DNA of 64,000 nucleotides from positions 21,082,001-21,146,000 of the forward strand of contig NW_024704743.1 of assembly GCF_018977255.1 (NCBI RefSeq), read 5' to 3'. A program made the translations under genes and the position numbers. The notes below the pieces were generated by a model. It was not told where the DNA came from. It was given only the letters and a program-made list of their open reading frames with translations, and did no database searches. The DNA is from Callorhinchus milii (lineage: Eukaryota). Shown here piece by piece: positions 52,241 through 64,000 of this stretch. Position 1 is the first letter of the stretch. Each line of letters starts with the position of its first letter.

Positions 52241-55200
52241 ATTATTATATCATCCCTTGTTTCTTTTGTCTTCCGCTTCCACAGGAGCCAATTACTTTCC
52301 AGAGAACTCGCCCAAATATCCATGATTCATGTAAGTCTGTCATGAGTCTTGGGTTTTATCATTTTATTTGCCCCTAGAGGACATTACAGTTGATCCTGAC
52401 TTGACCTGACATCAGTATATGTATGAACGCCTCCAAGCAAAATTCTCTTGATCAGGAACCCTGGCCAAATATTCTTCTCTCTTTCCCTCGCCCAGCTTCC
52501 TAAATTTGGACCAATTTTAATGCGTTGATTAAGACTCCAGTTCTGATTTACTGATTAATAAGCACAGGTTCAGCATTAAATCTGGGTATGCTCACTGAGT
52601 GATGGCATACAATTTGACATTGGGAAAGGGTGTCATTATAGCTGATTTTTGGTGTCTTTGTCTTAGTTCCAGTTTACATAATGGAGTATGCATCTTAGAA
52701 CAACACCACATAGCGTGCAATACACAATGGCTGTGTGACTTATTAGTAGTATTCCACACAATGTATTGAATGTTTAAGAAGCCCCTTTTATATTTTAAAA
52801 GTGATAGTGTGAATCTAATTATCTCACCTTAACCCCTACCACACACAAATATTGAATATATTTCTCTGATTTGGGATGCTTAGAGCTTGCTTACTGTCCC
52901 TGAGAATTTCTAAAGAGGTAGTATTGTATTCAAAACTGATCTGAATCATTCATCACAAAATCACAAGATTGGTCTGGATTAAGGAGGTCCTTCAGCCCTC
53001 AAAACCCTCATCCTACCATCACCCATCACTGCATCAAGCTGCTTTTTAAGTGCCTCTATCGCTTTGCCTGGCAACATGTTTCAATCGTTGATTATCCTCT
53101 GGGTAAAGAAAAACCTCCTGGTATCTGACCTGAAATTGCCCGTTAGAACTCTAAACCTATGTCCTCTTGTTTTACTGTCATAATACATCCTAAAGCAATG
53201 ATCTGGGTTTACTTTTCAATACAATTTACCCTTTTATACATGTAAATCATCACCCTGTCTTTCAATTGGATTTCTTTCAACTCGGCATTTAATTATTCAC
53301 TCCTTTGCTGTGTGATACTCTTATGACTTGTCTATCCCTTTCTCTTCTGGAGCTGCTGATGTACGCTAGACAAGGATTCCAGGGTGACTTCCCTCTGTGC
53401 CATTCTCATGAAGTCACTTACAACTTGTATCTAACTAACGTCAGGTAACACAGCACCAACAGGGGATGATTCAGGTGTTATTATTCAACTCACAGAGGGC
53501 TGAATTTAGTTTTTTGGTGAGCGGGGTTTTGCCCACTCACCCCCAACCCCCCCCAGCTGAATTAAACCTAACAGCATTTCTCAAACAGGAACTTAGGTTG
53601 CCCCCAGGCAAGGCAAGAAGCAACAATTCCAGGGTGACTTCCTTCTGTGCCATAGCTTCACCCAAATCTGGGTCCTTAATCGCCAAAAGACGATGAGGAC
53701 CCTACTCCTTGCATCACAACCACTTGAGCAACTCAAGTGGCCAGATCGCATCTCCGACCTGGGCAAACCTGATCTGAACCTGTTGACCACGATAGATCCA
53801 TATTCCAGACTCTCCACTTCTCTTTGTGAAGGCGGACCAATCTCCTCAGATCAGGACCCACTGACATCCTGATCCCAGCCAAAAAAGGGCCAAAGGCCTG
53901 GCTTTCCTGGCGGCTGCTTGCCCCCTCTCCCCTTCCAAATGAATTGGATGATTTAATTTCAGTTTCAGGTAATGGCTTTACCATCTGTAAAGCTACGCAG
54001 GTAGCTTCCTAAATCAAACCTCCACGACAGTTTGGAAGGATTGACATGCACCTTTCCTCTTTCCCTTTGGCCCGCAAAATATTCAGTCAATTCACTTGAC
54101 AGTATATTCTGTGAAGAGCTTTGAGGTGTCTCAATGATATGATAAGGCGTTGAATCAAATGCAAGGATTATTATTATTACCTTTACTCTCGGTCCTTGGA
54201 TATTCTTCTCACTCTATTCTTGTTGATCTATGGTGCTAATGAATGAGTGTATGAAAAGTGTTGATCATCTGTAAATGACCAGTTCTTACTTGTCACTTTA
54301 GAGTCAATATATTGACTAACAATGCAGATGTAAAAATATTCTTTAGTTAATTGCTGCCTGTGAATAATGCATTTTGCTTTTAATATTTGAATACATTTTC
54401 AAAGGATTTTCTGCATTTTTTTAGTCCAATGTAGATATGTTGCTGTCTTTCTATGCTATGTCCAGCTACCATCCTAATTTTTGCTGCTATTGAAATGAAT
54501 CCATTCAGATCTATGTGAATTGAATAATGCCTGAATCTTCTTCTGTTCTTGTCTTTTTCCAATAACCTCAGTAATTTGGTTGATGGGCCTTTAGATGCTT
54601 TGTATGTTTGAGGATTTCTGCTGTAAACATTTCTCAAGCCAAATTCCCAGCATGACTGACATGCTGATGTGAATGAAGTAACCTACTGTTTGTTTTTGGT
54701 GGGATAGGATAAAGAATGATAGAGACTTTTGATTGACAGAATGCTTATTTTCACTAATAAAGATACTGTGCACAATCGTTACTTGCAGCTTTGTTTTAGG
54801 GATGATTTACTTTAACAAAAACAATTTGCACTAATATAGCGTCTCACACACACGCACACACCCTCACTCTCTCACACATGCTTCATGAGATGGAAAGGAT
54901 TGATAGACTTTCATTTGGTACTCATTCATTTGGAATAGCAGAGGAGTTTGAGGTAATCTTTTGTAATATACTTTGGGTTCATTTTCCTGCAGTTTCTTCC
55001 ATTCCACTTTTATTAAATAAGTGAACTTGATATCTCATATATTCCTCTGCCAAAAATATTTTACCTTGAAACTTGATGTACGCTCTGTATGTGTGTATAT
55101 GAACAATTTGCATTTGTATAACGCCCTTTACGCAGGGTAGCATCCTGGAGCGCTTATGATGTATACCTAATATATATAATTCAGTTACTGAATATATATC

Positions 55201-55778
55201 ACATCATGGTATGTGTGTTTATAAAATGTATATACATAATTATATGTATTATAAAACTGCGTAAATTCAAATCAATACTTGTATAAAGGTCTTTTTCGTA
55301 AAATAGGTTCAGTTCAACAGTAACTGAATTAACTTCTCTTGCACTGTATATGAAATGGATAGTCTTGGTTGTAGGTATCAACACGTTAACACACAGGAGT
55401 TAATGTGCACAGATTGTGTACAAATGAGTACATTTGCTAGTTACTGGTTCATGCTTCTGTAGCTTTCTTCCAGTTAAAAACTGAACATTTGAGCAAATTG
55501 ATACCAATGGGATGTAGAGCAGTACAACATTTTTTATTGCACTTGGGTGCCCGATTCCATTCTCCACTAACTATAAAGTGAAACTCCTGGTTTATGTAAC
55601 TGTAAGCAATGCATTATTTTCTCCAACAGTAGAGCAGTTCAAAACGAGAAGACTGAGTTACAGTTCCTGCTCTAGGCCTCTATTGATGGTGTCTGGAGAG
55701 AGCGCTAACCCACTATGCAAGTTCTTAATGTAATGGATTTTGCCTCCACTTCTCCCCCTCCCTGCTCAAACTCTCTCT

Positions 55779-55800
55779 CACACACACACACACACACACA
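55779..55800. repeat. (CA)n microsatellite
   Basis: About 11 consecutive CA units following a short (CT)n. Confidence 0.9.
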
Positions 55801-56347
55801 AATTGGCAGCATAGAATAAGTAAATGTGTATTCACATTGTACTCCACTAATTGACCGCAGGCCAGGTATAATCAAGCAATTGTGCAGATCACAACTGCAA
55901 TGTAATATTTATTCTGGACCTTTGCTCTGAGGATACCTGAGGGAGGTGGTTGCCTATTTCCAAATCCCACAAATTTCCATACTTTGTTTAAAAACAATGA
56001 ATAAATAATCCAGAAATACTTAAAACATGGAAAAGACATAAATGAAATAATCTTACCTGTTTTAACTGTCTTAAGATTCATTTGTTCTGCATGGGCCTTA
56101 CAGTCTTTGTAAAGCTCTCTGGGATGTTAAACAATACAATTAAATCTACACTTATAAGGCACCTTTCATGTTGGGAGGAGAGCTCAGAGACTTGACAATT
56201 CTAGCTGGGTGTGGGAACTGAGGAAGATGAGGAGAGGAAGGATGCCCAAAAGCACGGTCAAGCAGATAGGTTTATCCTATGTGAACGGAGCTATATAAAT
56301 GCAACGTTTTTGTATGCAGTAGAAATTCCAAATTGTGGCTTGTTTGG

Positions 56348-56877
56348 TTTCAAGATCCTCATCCTCACCTACAAGGCCATTCACGGCCTTGCTCCCTCCT
56401 ACCTCTCCAACCTACTATCCCCCTACCTACCTGCCCGTACCCTCCGTTCCTCTGGCTCCGGTCTGCTCCACGTCCCCCGCCCCAACCGCCCTACCATCGG
56501 TGGTCGGGCCTTCAGCCTCTCAGCCCCCAGGCTCTGGAACTCCATCCCCCAGTGCCTTCGCCGCCTCCTCCCTTTCCTCCTTCAAGGCCGGTCTCAAAAC
56601 CTTTCTCTTTGACCGTGCCTTCAGCTCCCCTCTCGACTCTCTTCCCCCTCCTCGCTCCCTCCCTTCCCTCACCCTGACCATTTCCCCCCTCCTCGCTCCC
56701 TCCCTTCCCTCCCCTCACCCTGACCATTTCCCCCCTCCTCGCTCCCTCCCTTCCCTCCCCACACCATTTCCCCCCTGCTCGGGTCCAGACCCAACTGTGC
56801 AGCGCCTTGGGACGTCCTCCTGACGTGAAAGGCGCTTTATAAATGGAATCTTGTTGTTGTTGTTGTTGTTTGTTATT
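56348..56877 (+). mobile_element. Young L2 LINE 3' fragment
   Basis: Only a handful of differences from 31057-31550, apart from 3' UTR repeat number; (TTG)n tail. Confidence 0.98.
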
Positions 56878-58004
56878 GTAAATTTCAGATTTTTCAACTC
56901 CGTTGTAAATCATGCTATAAAATGTAGCTTATAGATACATTTATACATTCTTATAAGCTATAAGCTACATTTTATAGCTGAAAATGTAGGCAGCGCAGGT
57001 CAGTGCAATGAAGCACTCAGTGGTTGAGGTGTTTGCGATGTTGCTTGGAGTCTCAGAGATGTCTGATATTCTCACCTGCCCACCTATGCAATAAAAACCT
57101 GCTGAAACCTCATTCAGTTCAAGAATCAACGACAGTGTATGTGACTGTGGCTTCAAGTCCCACAACTATGACATTTACATTCATTTTTGCCTGCAAATAT
57201 ACAGTTAATTCACAGTATATTCTGTGAAGCACTCTGAGGCGTCTAGAAGGCGTGAAAAGCGCTATATCAAATGCAAGGATTATTATTATTCATATCTGTG
57301 AGTCCAACTCTTAAGAAAACTCCTCACAGTAGGAGGGAGCAACAGCGCAACCTATGCCTGATTCGGGATTTAAGACCTGTGGCTTGATCAAGTTAGTTTA
57401 GCAGGTTTCGTTGCTCTTCATTTGCCCAAACAAGAGCAGTGTTCTTCAACAGGAAAGACAAAGCTGTTCATGTTGGACACTTCTGTTATAAATGGTTTTG
57501 CTGTTATTGTCAGTCAATTACCCCTTCTTGCTTCTCCGCAAATGGCTGAGAATTCCTCACAAGAGAGAAAGCACTTGATTTTCTGAAGTTCTTTAACATA
57601 TTGAAACGTCTCAAAGGAAAAGTTTCGAAGCCCTTTAAGGTACAGTAATTACTATCGAGTGTAGTGACCAATTTGTAGGAAAAAGTATAAGAGTCTCGGA
57701 GTTCAAATCTTTCCGGACGAACTAGTTTGATGTACGCACAGTTACGGCCAGACTACCAAGAACAAAATCACATTTGTAAAGCGCCTTTCACGTTGGGAGG
57801 ATATCCCAAATGCTGAACAGTCAGGGATCAGGATATGGCTACTGATAATGGGAGATGCTAAAAAGAACCAGCAGGTTCACCCCTTTGTTCCAAGCCCTGG
57901 TATCAGTGTTCACTGCAACCACATCCTAGTAGAAGTATCCTTGGTTCTGGGAAATGCATCTAAATTGTCCAACAGCAGTGAGACTTATTGGGTGTAATCG
58001 ACAT

Positions 58005-58360
58005 GGGTCAGACTGGTGTAGTATTAGCACTCTTGCCTCTGAAGAAGGTGATAGGTTCAAGCCCCACATTGGGATTTGGAATAACATAGACTATGGTGAC
58101 ATTCCAATGCAGTTCTGGGATTGTGTTTCATTGTCGGAGGTGCTATCCTTTGAATGAGACGTTAAACTGAGTTCCCATATGCCTGTTCTGGTGGATATTA
58201 AAGATCCATGGCGTTATTCGAAAAGAGAAGGTTTGTGGGGCATTGCTGTGGTCAACTGGCTCCTGCATTTTGCCCACAAAATACACAGTCAATCCATTTT
58301 ACAGTGTGTCCTGTGAAGCGCTTTTGAGATGCCTTGACAACATGATAAGGCGCTATATCC
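58005..58360 (+). mobile_element. DeuSINE (family B)
   Basis: tRNA-like head, GAGACGTTAAAC core and tail AAGGCGCTATAT. Confidence 0.85.
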
Positions 58361-58361
58361 A

Positions 58362-58655
58362 TGTAGAGTCCTGTAGCGTAGTGGACAGCATGCTCCCCTT
58401 GCAAATGATTCCCAGGCAGCGTGAAACCTAAAGCAAGTTTCCTTACTCCACACACCTCTGGTAACCTAGCAATAAATAGGAACCTAATTATTAGTCGATT
58501 GGCAGATCGCTTTCTGGGGATGATAATCACCCCCACAAAAAAAATTGGTTACTCACTCTAGTGTGGGACACAGCTGTGTGCAATTGGCTGCTTCGTTTCG
58601 CCAACAAAATACAGTCAATCCACTTTACAATATGTTGTGTGAAGCGCTTTGAGAC
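58362..58655 (+). mobile_element. SINE family A directly after the DeuSINE tail
   Basis: GAGTCCTGTAGC head, GCAAGTTTCCTTACTCCACAC, GCAGATCGCTTT and shared body. Confidence 0.85.
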
Positions 58656-58939
58656 ATATTGGAATTGAATATTCACTCTCTCCATGGAGAAACACATCCT
58701 GCTTACCTAATTCTGGAAAGAATTTGGCGCAGGTTGGCAAGAGCCAAGGCATAGGGACCTCAGAACGTGCGTTGGGGTACTGCTGGATTCTTAACCTGCT
58801 TAAAAAAACACATAGCTTGCCATTAAGAGCACTGCCTAGCAGGTTTTCCAGCCAGGACCATCCTGCCTGTTAGTGCTTTAGCTTGTAGGGTTAACAGGAG
58901 TTGAATGGGAAGTGTCCCTACCCCCAATGACCGTTCTGT

Positions 58940-59135
58940 GCTTCCAAGTCCTGTTGATGAGCCAGGCTGGCTATGCTGTCATCAGCAGTGCCCTGGAAGA
59001 CTGCGGACCAGCCTGGCTCTGGAGCTGGGCTACTGAGACCATCACAGAGAGTGGGCTCGATACTGACATTCCATTGCCAAACATGTTAACTTGGAACCAG
59101 TTCAGCTCCAAGGAGATCCTGCATACACCCCCTCC
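58940..59135. repeat. Unclassified dispersed repeat (family C), second copy
   Basis: Colinear with 700-880. Confidence 0.75.
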
Positions 59136-61639
59136 ACACAGCTGACATCTGACAAGCGCGGGTTTGAATCCTCACGTGGTCGATATTAGGTACCAGGAAC
59201 TACCTGCGACCTTCCAATTTGGCAACCCAGCTCAGCTTAGAAAGCATGAGAGCATTGCTACCATTTTGTTTTTGGCCACTAAATGTATAATCAATTCATT
59301 TTATTGTGAAAACTTTGAGATGTCTCGAAGACGTGATCAGGTGCTATTATCAAGTGCAAGGATTATTATTATTATCTTCCTGTTTGCAGCTTGGACACAC
59401 GTCTCTTCCCATTGAACGATGGCTCCACCAGTTGTAAGTCCAAGCCAATCAAGGTGAATTCCAGGCGCTGGTATTTTCCTTTCTCTCGCTCCCTTTTCCC
59501 TCTTTTTCCCTTTCGCTCCCTTTTACTCTCTTGTTTTCATGCGTGTTTATTTTAATGAACAGATTGACTGTTTTGTTTATCTCTCCTCTGAGGTTTCCTG
59601 CCAAAGTTTTGTGCAAACTGTCTCACATGATTTTCCTGTACCCTCACTGTGTTGAAATCAAATTTGTCCCTTTCGTCCCATCCTAGGATCTCTACTGCAG
59701 AATAACCTTCCTCGATCTTTTCTGTCCTTACATTCTAAAGGGCTTCTGTAACCCAAAGTTGACCCAATCTAATCACTAGTTCTCAATCCCTCATCTTCCA
59801 TCCTACATGGGGTTTGGTCCAAGCCCCTCAATTGTGATAAATTTCTTGAAGGGCATTTCCTTTTTTCAAAACATTTTTTTCTGATCTTTGGTGGAAGGAG
59901 GTACGACAGAAATGCTAAGTGTAAATGCAGGAGCAATATGATAACTGCTGAGTGCATCAAGTATATTGAACCCAGGGCTGGGACTTAATGTGGTTTAATC
60001 AAGTAATTGAATCGGAAAGGTAAGACTCACGTACTATAAAACCTGGAAGATAACCTTGAAAAATCACCATCCAGAACACTGAATCTTTAAACCCAGAGCA
60101 AACTTTTTTTAAAATAATCCCTTTCAGGGACTTTTGAGAAGTTGAAATACGTTGTTATTGTGCAGGAATTGAGCTTTATGATGCAACTACAGATTTATAA
60201 CATTTGTTTTTCCGCTTCCCCTTTTGGCAAATTTTGACAAACTCCTATTTTAAGTGGCTGGCAGTTGCTTCAAAACATTTGTTTTAAGTGACTTTTATTT
60301 CTGCACAAGTATTGCTGGAAGCCAAAGACAGCAATGCTTGGTTTATGATTTAGACATTAAGCTATTACCGCAGAGCAACAAAACATAATTTGTTGTGCTG
60401 TGCCTTACAAAGTGAAATATAGCAATGTTGTTACACAAACATATCAGATTTAGACTCTTACTTTTCATACTTTTTTTATATTGATTACTCTCCTGAAACT
60501 TCACAATGTTACAGTAAAGAGACAATCAAGTTAGTATGATATTCCACAAAGGGTATATAAAAAATGCCTTTTACTTAAGTCTGTGGAATAGAATTATTAT
60601 TTTTCAACTAGTTGGGCAAAAGAAGATTGAGGAATAGTCCAGTTGTTGATTTTAAATGAAAATATTTATAGAATGGGGAAAGACATGAAATTCCACCCAG
60701 TCTTAGTCTAAGCCTTAACACACTTGTCTTAAAATTGAAGCTTTTGCAGTATTGTGGAAAATTGTTAAGTTGAGTCTTAATTTACAAACAACTGCTTTTT
60801 AAGTACTGCGGAGACTGACTTCCAAATAAAGAATTTCACTGACGCAATTCTTACATTTTAAAGACAAAATCAGCTTACAGTCTAATTGGCATTTCAGGGC
60901 CTTAGGTTACAATAGGATAATTCCTGCATTCCTTGCATTTGCCTTTCCTGTTGGGAGGATGTCTCGAAGCATTTCACATGATTTACTGGAAAGGGGAGTG
61001 ACTGTGTATTTTATAGGCAAAATGTAACGATGTGGCAATTCTTCTGTCTCCTGCAAACCCATAGGCTTCATTTAGAGCTTGTTCTAATGCATATTCTTTT
61101 TCCGTTCAAGAATCTGAATGTTGCTCACGTATCAGTGCTGTAAAATATTGTACGCTTTGTTCCAGAAACTGAAACAGGCTAATTCATTGCTCAGCTGAGA
61201 TAATCGTATGAGCACAAATACCCATTTGATGAACAGACTAAAACCGCTAAATTAGCAATCACTTATTTTTAGCAAACGATTGAAAGTCTGCTGATTGCTT
61301 AAGAAGCAATTAAAAGTAGATCATTGATCGTGGATCACATACCTAAATCTGCTTTGTCTCTAAGGATTACTCAACACTTCCATGCTGTCCAACTACCAAC
61401 CTATTTCTGAACTGGAGTTAAGATACTCGTTCCTTCCTCTCCCAGCATTGCTTCCTCGAGTTGTTCCAATCCAGTTCCCACTCCATCCACATCGATCAGA
61501 TTACCCTCATTAAAGTAACCAATGACGTAATAATAATAATAATAATCATCATCATCCTTGTATTTGATACAGAGCCTTATCATGTTGTTGAGACGTTAGT
61601 TTCACTCTTGCATCTTCACCTCGTTTTTTCAAACAAACT

Positions 61640-62020
61640 CTTCTCCTGCCCCCACACAATCACTTGTGGTGTTCCTCCAGAGACCTATCACTCCGGGAAC
61701 CTACCATTCCCCTTCTTACCCTTGGGACGTCCTCCCGACATGAAAGGCGCCCTATAAATGTAATTTTGTTGTTGTTGTTGTTGCTGCCCGGTTTCACTGG
61801 CTCCCCATTCCCCAGAGAATCGAGTACAAAACCCTAATTAACCCTAACCCTTGTTCTTACCTTCAAGGCCTTCCACATTCTTGCTCCCCCTCCCTCTGCG
61901 ACCTCATAACCCTATATCAGCTTGTCCGCTCCCTCCGCTCGGTGGACACTGGCCTGCTTCAGGTCTCCTGCAATTCTCGCTCCACCATTCCCGACTGAAG
62001 ACCTTCCTCTTTGGCTGTGC
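61640..62020 (+). mobile_element. Adjacent L2 fragments
   Basis: TCGVP remnant, tail hairpin plus (TTG)n, then a [10 protein letters not shown]...RLKTFLF fragment. Confidence 0.8.
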
Positions 62021-62084
62021 CCAGTTGCACCCAGAAATTTTCCACAAACTGCAATGAGTTGAAGGAAAAGTTCTATTTTGGTAG

Positions 62085-62290
62085 CAAGAAACTCCCTTCT
62101 CTTTTCAAATAGTGTCATGGGATCTTTAAAGTCCAACTGAACAGGCAGACAGCACATCGCTTTATTGTCTCATCTGAATGATGACACTTCCAACAATGCA
62201 ACACCCTCCAGCATTGCAATGGAGTGTCAGTTTAGATTATGTGAGTTCAAGCTCTGACATGAGGCTTCAACCCACAACCTTCAGCACCCA
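62085..62290 (-). mobile_element. DeuSINE (family B), 5' half
   Basis: Antisense Deu core and head (CAACCCACAACCTTC). Confidence 0.85.
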
Positions 62291-62619
62291 GTCACTCCTT
62301 CTGCTTAGTTAATACCAGTCAGCTTCACGTCCCCTGCTAGTTTCAACCCACCATCACTCCGCCAATCCCACCTTTATATAGCCTGCTTTAAAACTTTTTT
62401 TTCACTTCCCACCCCCAATTTCTCAGCACTCCCCCTCCCCCCAGCTCAGGCTCCCAGTCAGCTCTGTGAAGTGTTTTGAGGCGTCCCCTGACATCCCGGG
62501 CACTATATGAATGCAAAAAAGAAAATTGCTTGCTGTTTCGAATTGACAGCAGAAATTCAAAACCCAGCAGCTGGATTGTTTTTCTGGTGTTTTGGGCAAT
62601 TAAAGCTGATCCAAGCTCC

Positions 62620-63040
62620 ATGAGCCTATCACCCCCAACCTCACACTGGCTCCATTGGCTCCCAGCGGATCGAGTTCAAGATCCTGATTCTCACATTCAA
62701 ATCCCTCCATGGTCTCACCCCACTGTACGTCTGTTACCTCCTTCAACCACCTGCTTCGATCTGGCTGCTCCCTTCACTCAGCGAAACCAGTGTGCTAAAT
62801 ATCCCTCACCCAATCCGCCCCATCATTGACAGGCGGGCTTTCAGCTATTCTGTTCCTATTCTCTGCAACTCCATCCCAGAGTCGCTCCAAATTGCTCTCT
62901 CCCCTTGTTGAAGGCTTATCTCTGCCCATGCTTTTGGTCATCTTTTCCCCTCCCCCTCTCACCCCCAGCTAGGGTGCCCAGCCAGTATTGTCAAATGCTT
63001 TGAGACATCCTCCGGACTTGAAAGGCGTAATGCAAATTAT
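62620..63040 (+). mobile_element. L2 3' fragment, old
   Basis: CTCCATTGGCTCCC...GAGTTCAAGATCCTG, GGCGGGCTTTCAGC and tail hairpin. Confidence 0.8.
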
Positions 63041-64000
63041 ATTATAGAATAATAATGATCATTTTGATTTGACTTTGGATTGGTTTAGCAAATGAGGATT
63101 GAAACAGTGTGTGAATTGGCAGAGGTTGAGCTCCGTGATGTTCTGTCGCTGAAAGACAGCGTTCGATGTTCCTTCAGCATCACAATGTATTGAACACTGC
63201 TGAATAATTGTTCCTTTTTTCTCAGTGTAATGCAACAAGCAAACTAGTTGTTTCATGTTTTAACTCTTTGCTAATAGCAATCCTGCAATAAAATAGAATT
63301 TACATTTTATATAACACCTTTCATGCTTGTGTAGGGAGGAGTTGGGTAGTCTGGATACATACTTTATATGCTCATCTTTTTCTTGAGATTACCATATAAA
63401 GTATGTGTCCAACATTCCCTACAATTCAGAAATACGATGCACAACTGAAGGGAAAAAATAGCTCTTTTTTTCTAATAATAAACCTTGCATGTATTGCGCA
63501 ATCGTGTAGTTGAAATCTCACAAAATGTTTCACAAGATTTGATGGTGAAGTGATGTGACTGTATACTTGTACGCAAACACAGCAGCCAATTTAATTTGCA
63601 CACAGCAAAACACAAACAGCCATACAGTGAGTGATTAATTTCATCTGGGGATTGTTGACCAGAACCGGCAAGATATCACGACTTTGAAGGCTATGGTTTT
63701 TTTACGCCCTTAGCACTTCTAAGGAGTAGTTGAAATGAAATTGTGCGACAGGAAGATGTTCAGTGCAATCCATCAATGCTCTTTGAATTATCTTCTAAAT
63801 CCCTAATTGAGTGTGGGGGCATTTTGCCAACCTAATGCATTGTTTAATTAAAAAAGTTGAGAATTCAGTGTTGGCTACATTTTGAAGGTACTGAGATTTC
63901 CTATGCCTGGGACATGTCCATCAATCACTGTGACAGTTCATGTCAAGCCCCTCTCTTTGTGAGAAAACCTACGGAGTTCAATGTATTGCTTTTTCTTTTT

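Noticed and set aside
1..64000. CRISPR arrays, operons or other prokaryotic systems
   Set aside because: No regularly spaced repeat-spacer array and no gene-dense region; the sequence is vertebrate repeat-rich DNA.

Overview
Repeat-rich, AT-rich vertebrate DNA that looks intronic or intergenic. The repeat content suggests a cartilaginous fish, probably a holocephalan such as Callorhinchus (inference from recalled repeat families, no search run). It holds many 5'-truncated L2 LINEs (one 2.6 kb copy with endonuclease and RT remnants, plus two near-identical young copies), CR1 LINE fragments, a tRNA-Ala-like SINE and a DeuSINE that share an L2-type 3' tail, AmnSINE2-like relics and old palindromic MITE-like elements. 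Every ORF with a recognisable product is LINE ORF2, and no host gene could be identified. Most notable: a SINE-L2 chimera, covarying 3' stem-loops across L2 and SINE families with an apparent tail update, a frameshift shared by the young L2 copies, fold-back palindromes at insertion junctions, a perfect 21-bp hairpin, a cluster of four CRE half-sites upstream of a TATA box, and two low-confidence micro-exon chains (one ending in a CaaX box). I do not see convincing evidence of a new multi-gene system. Repeat boundaries were read by eye and are approximate.
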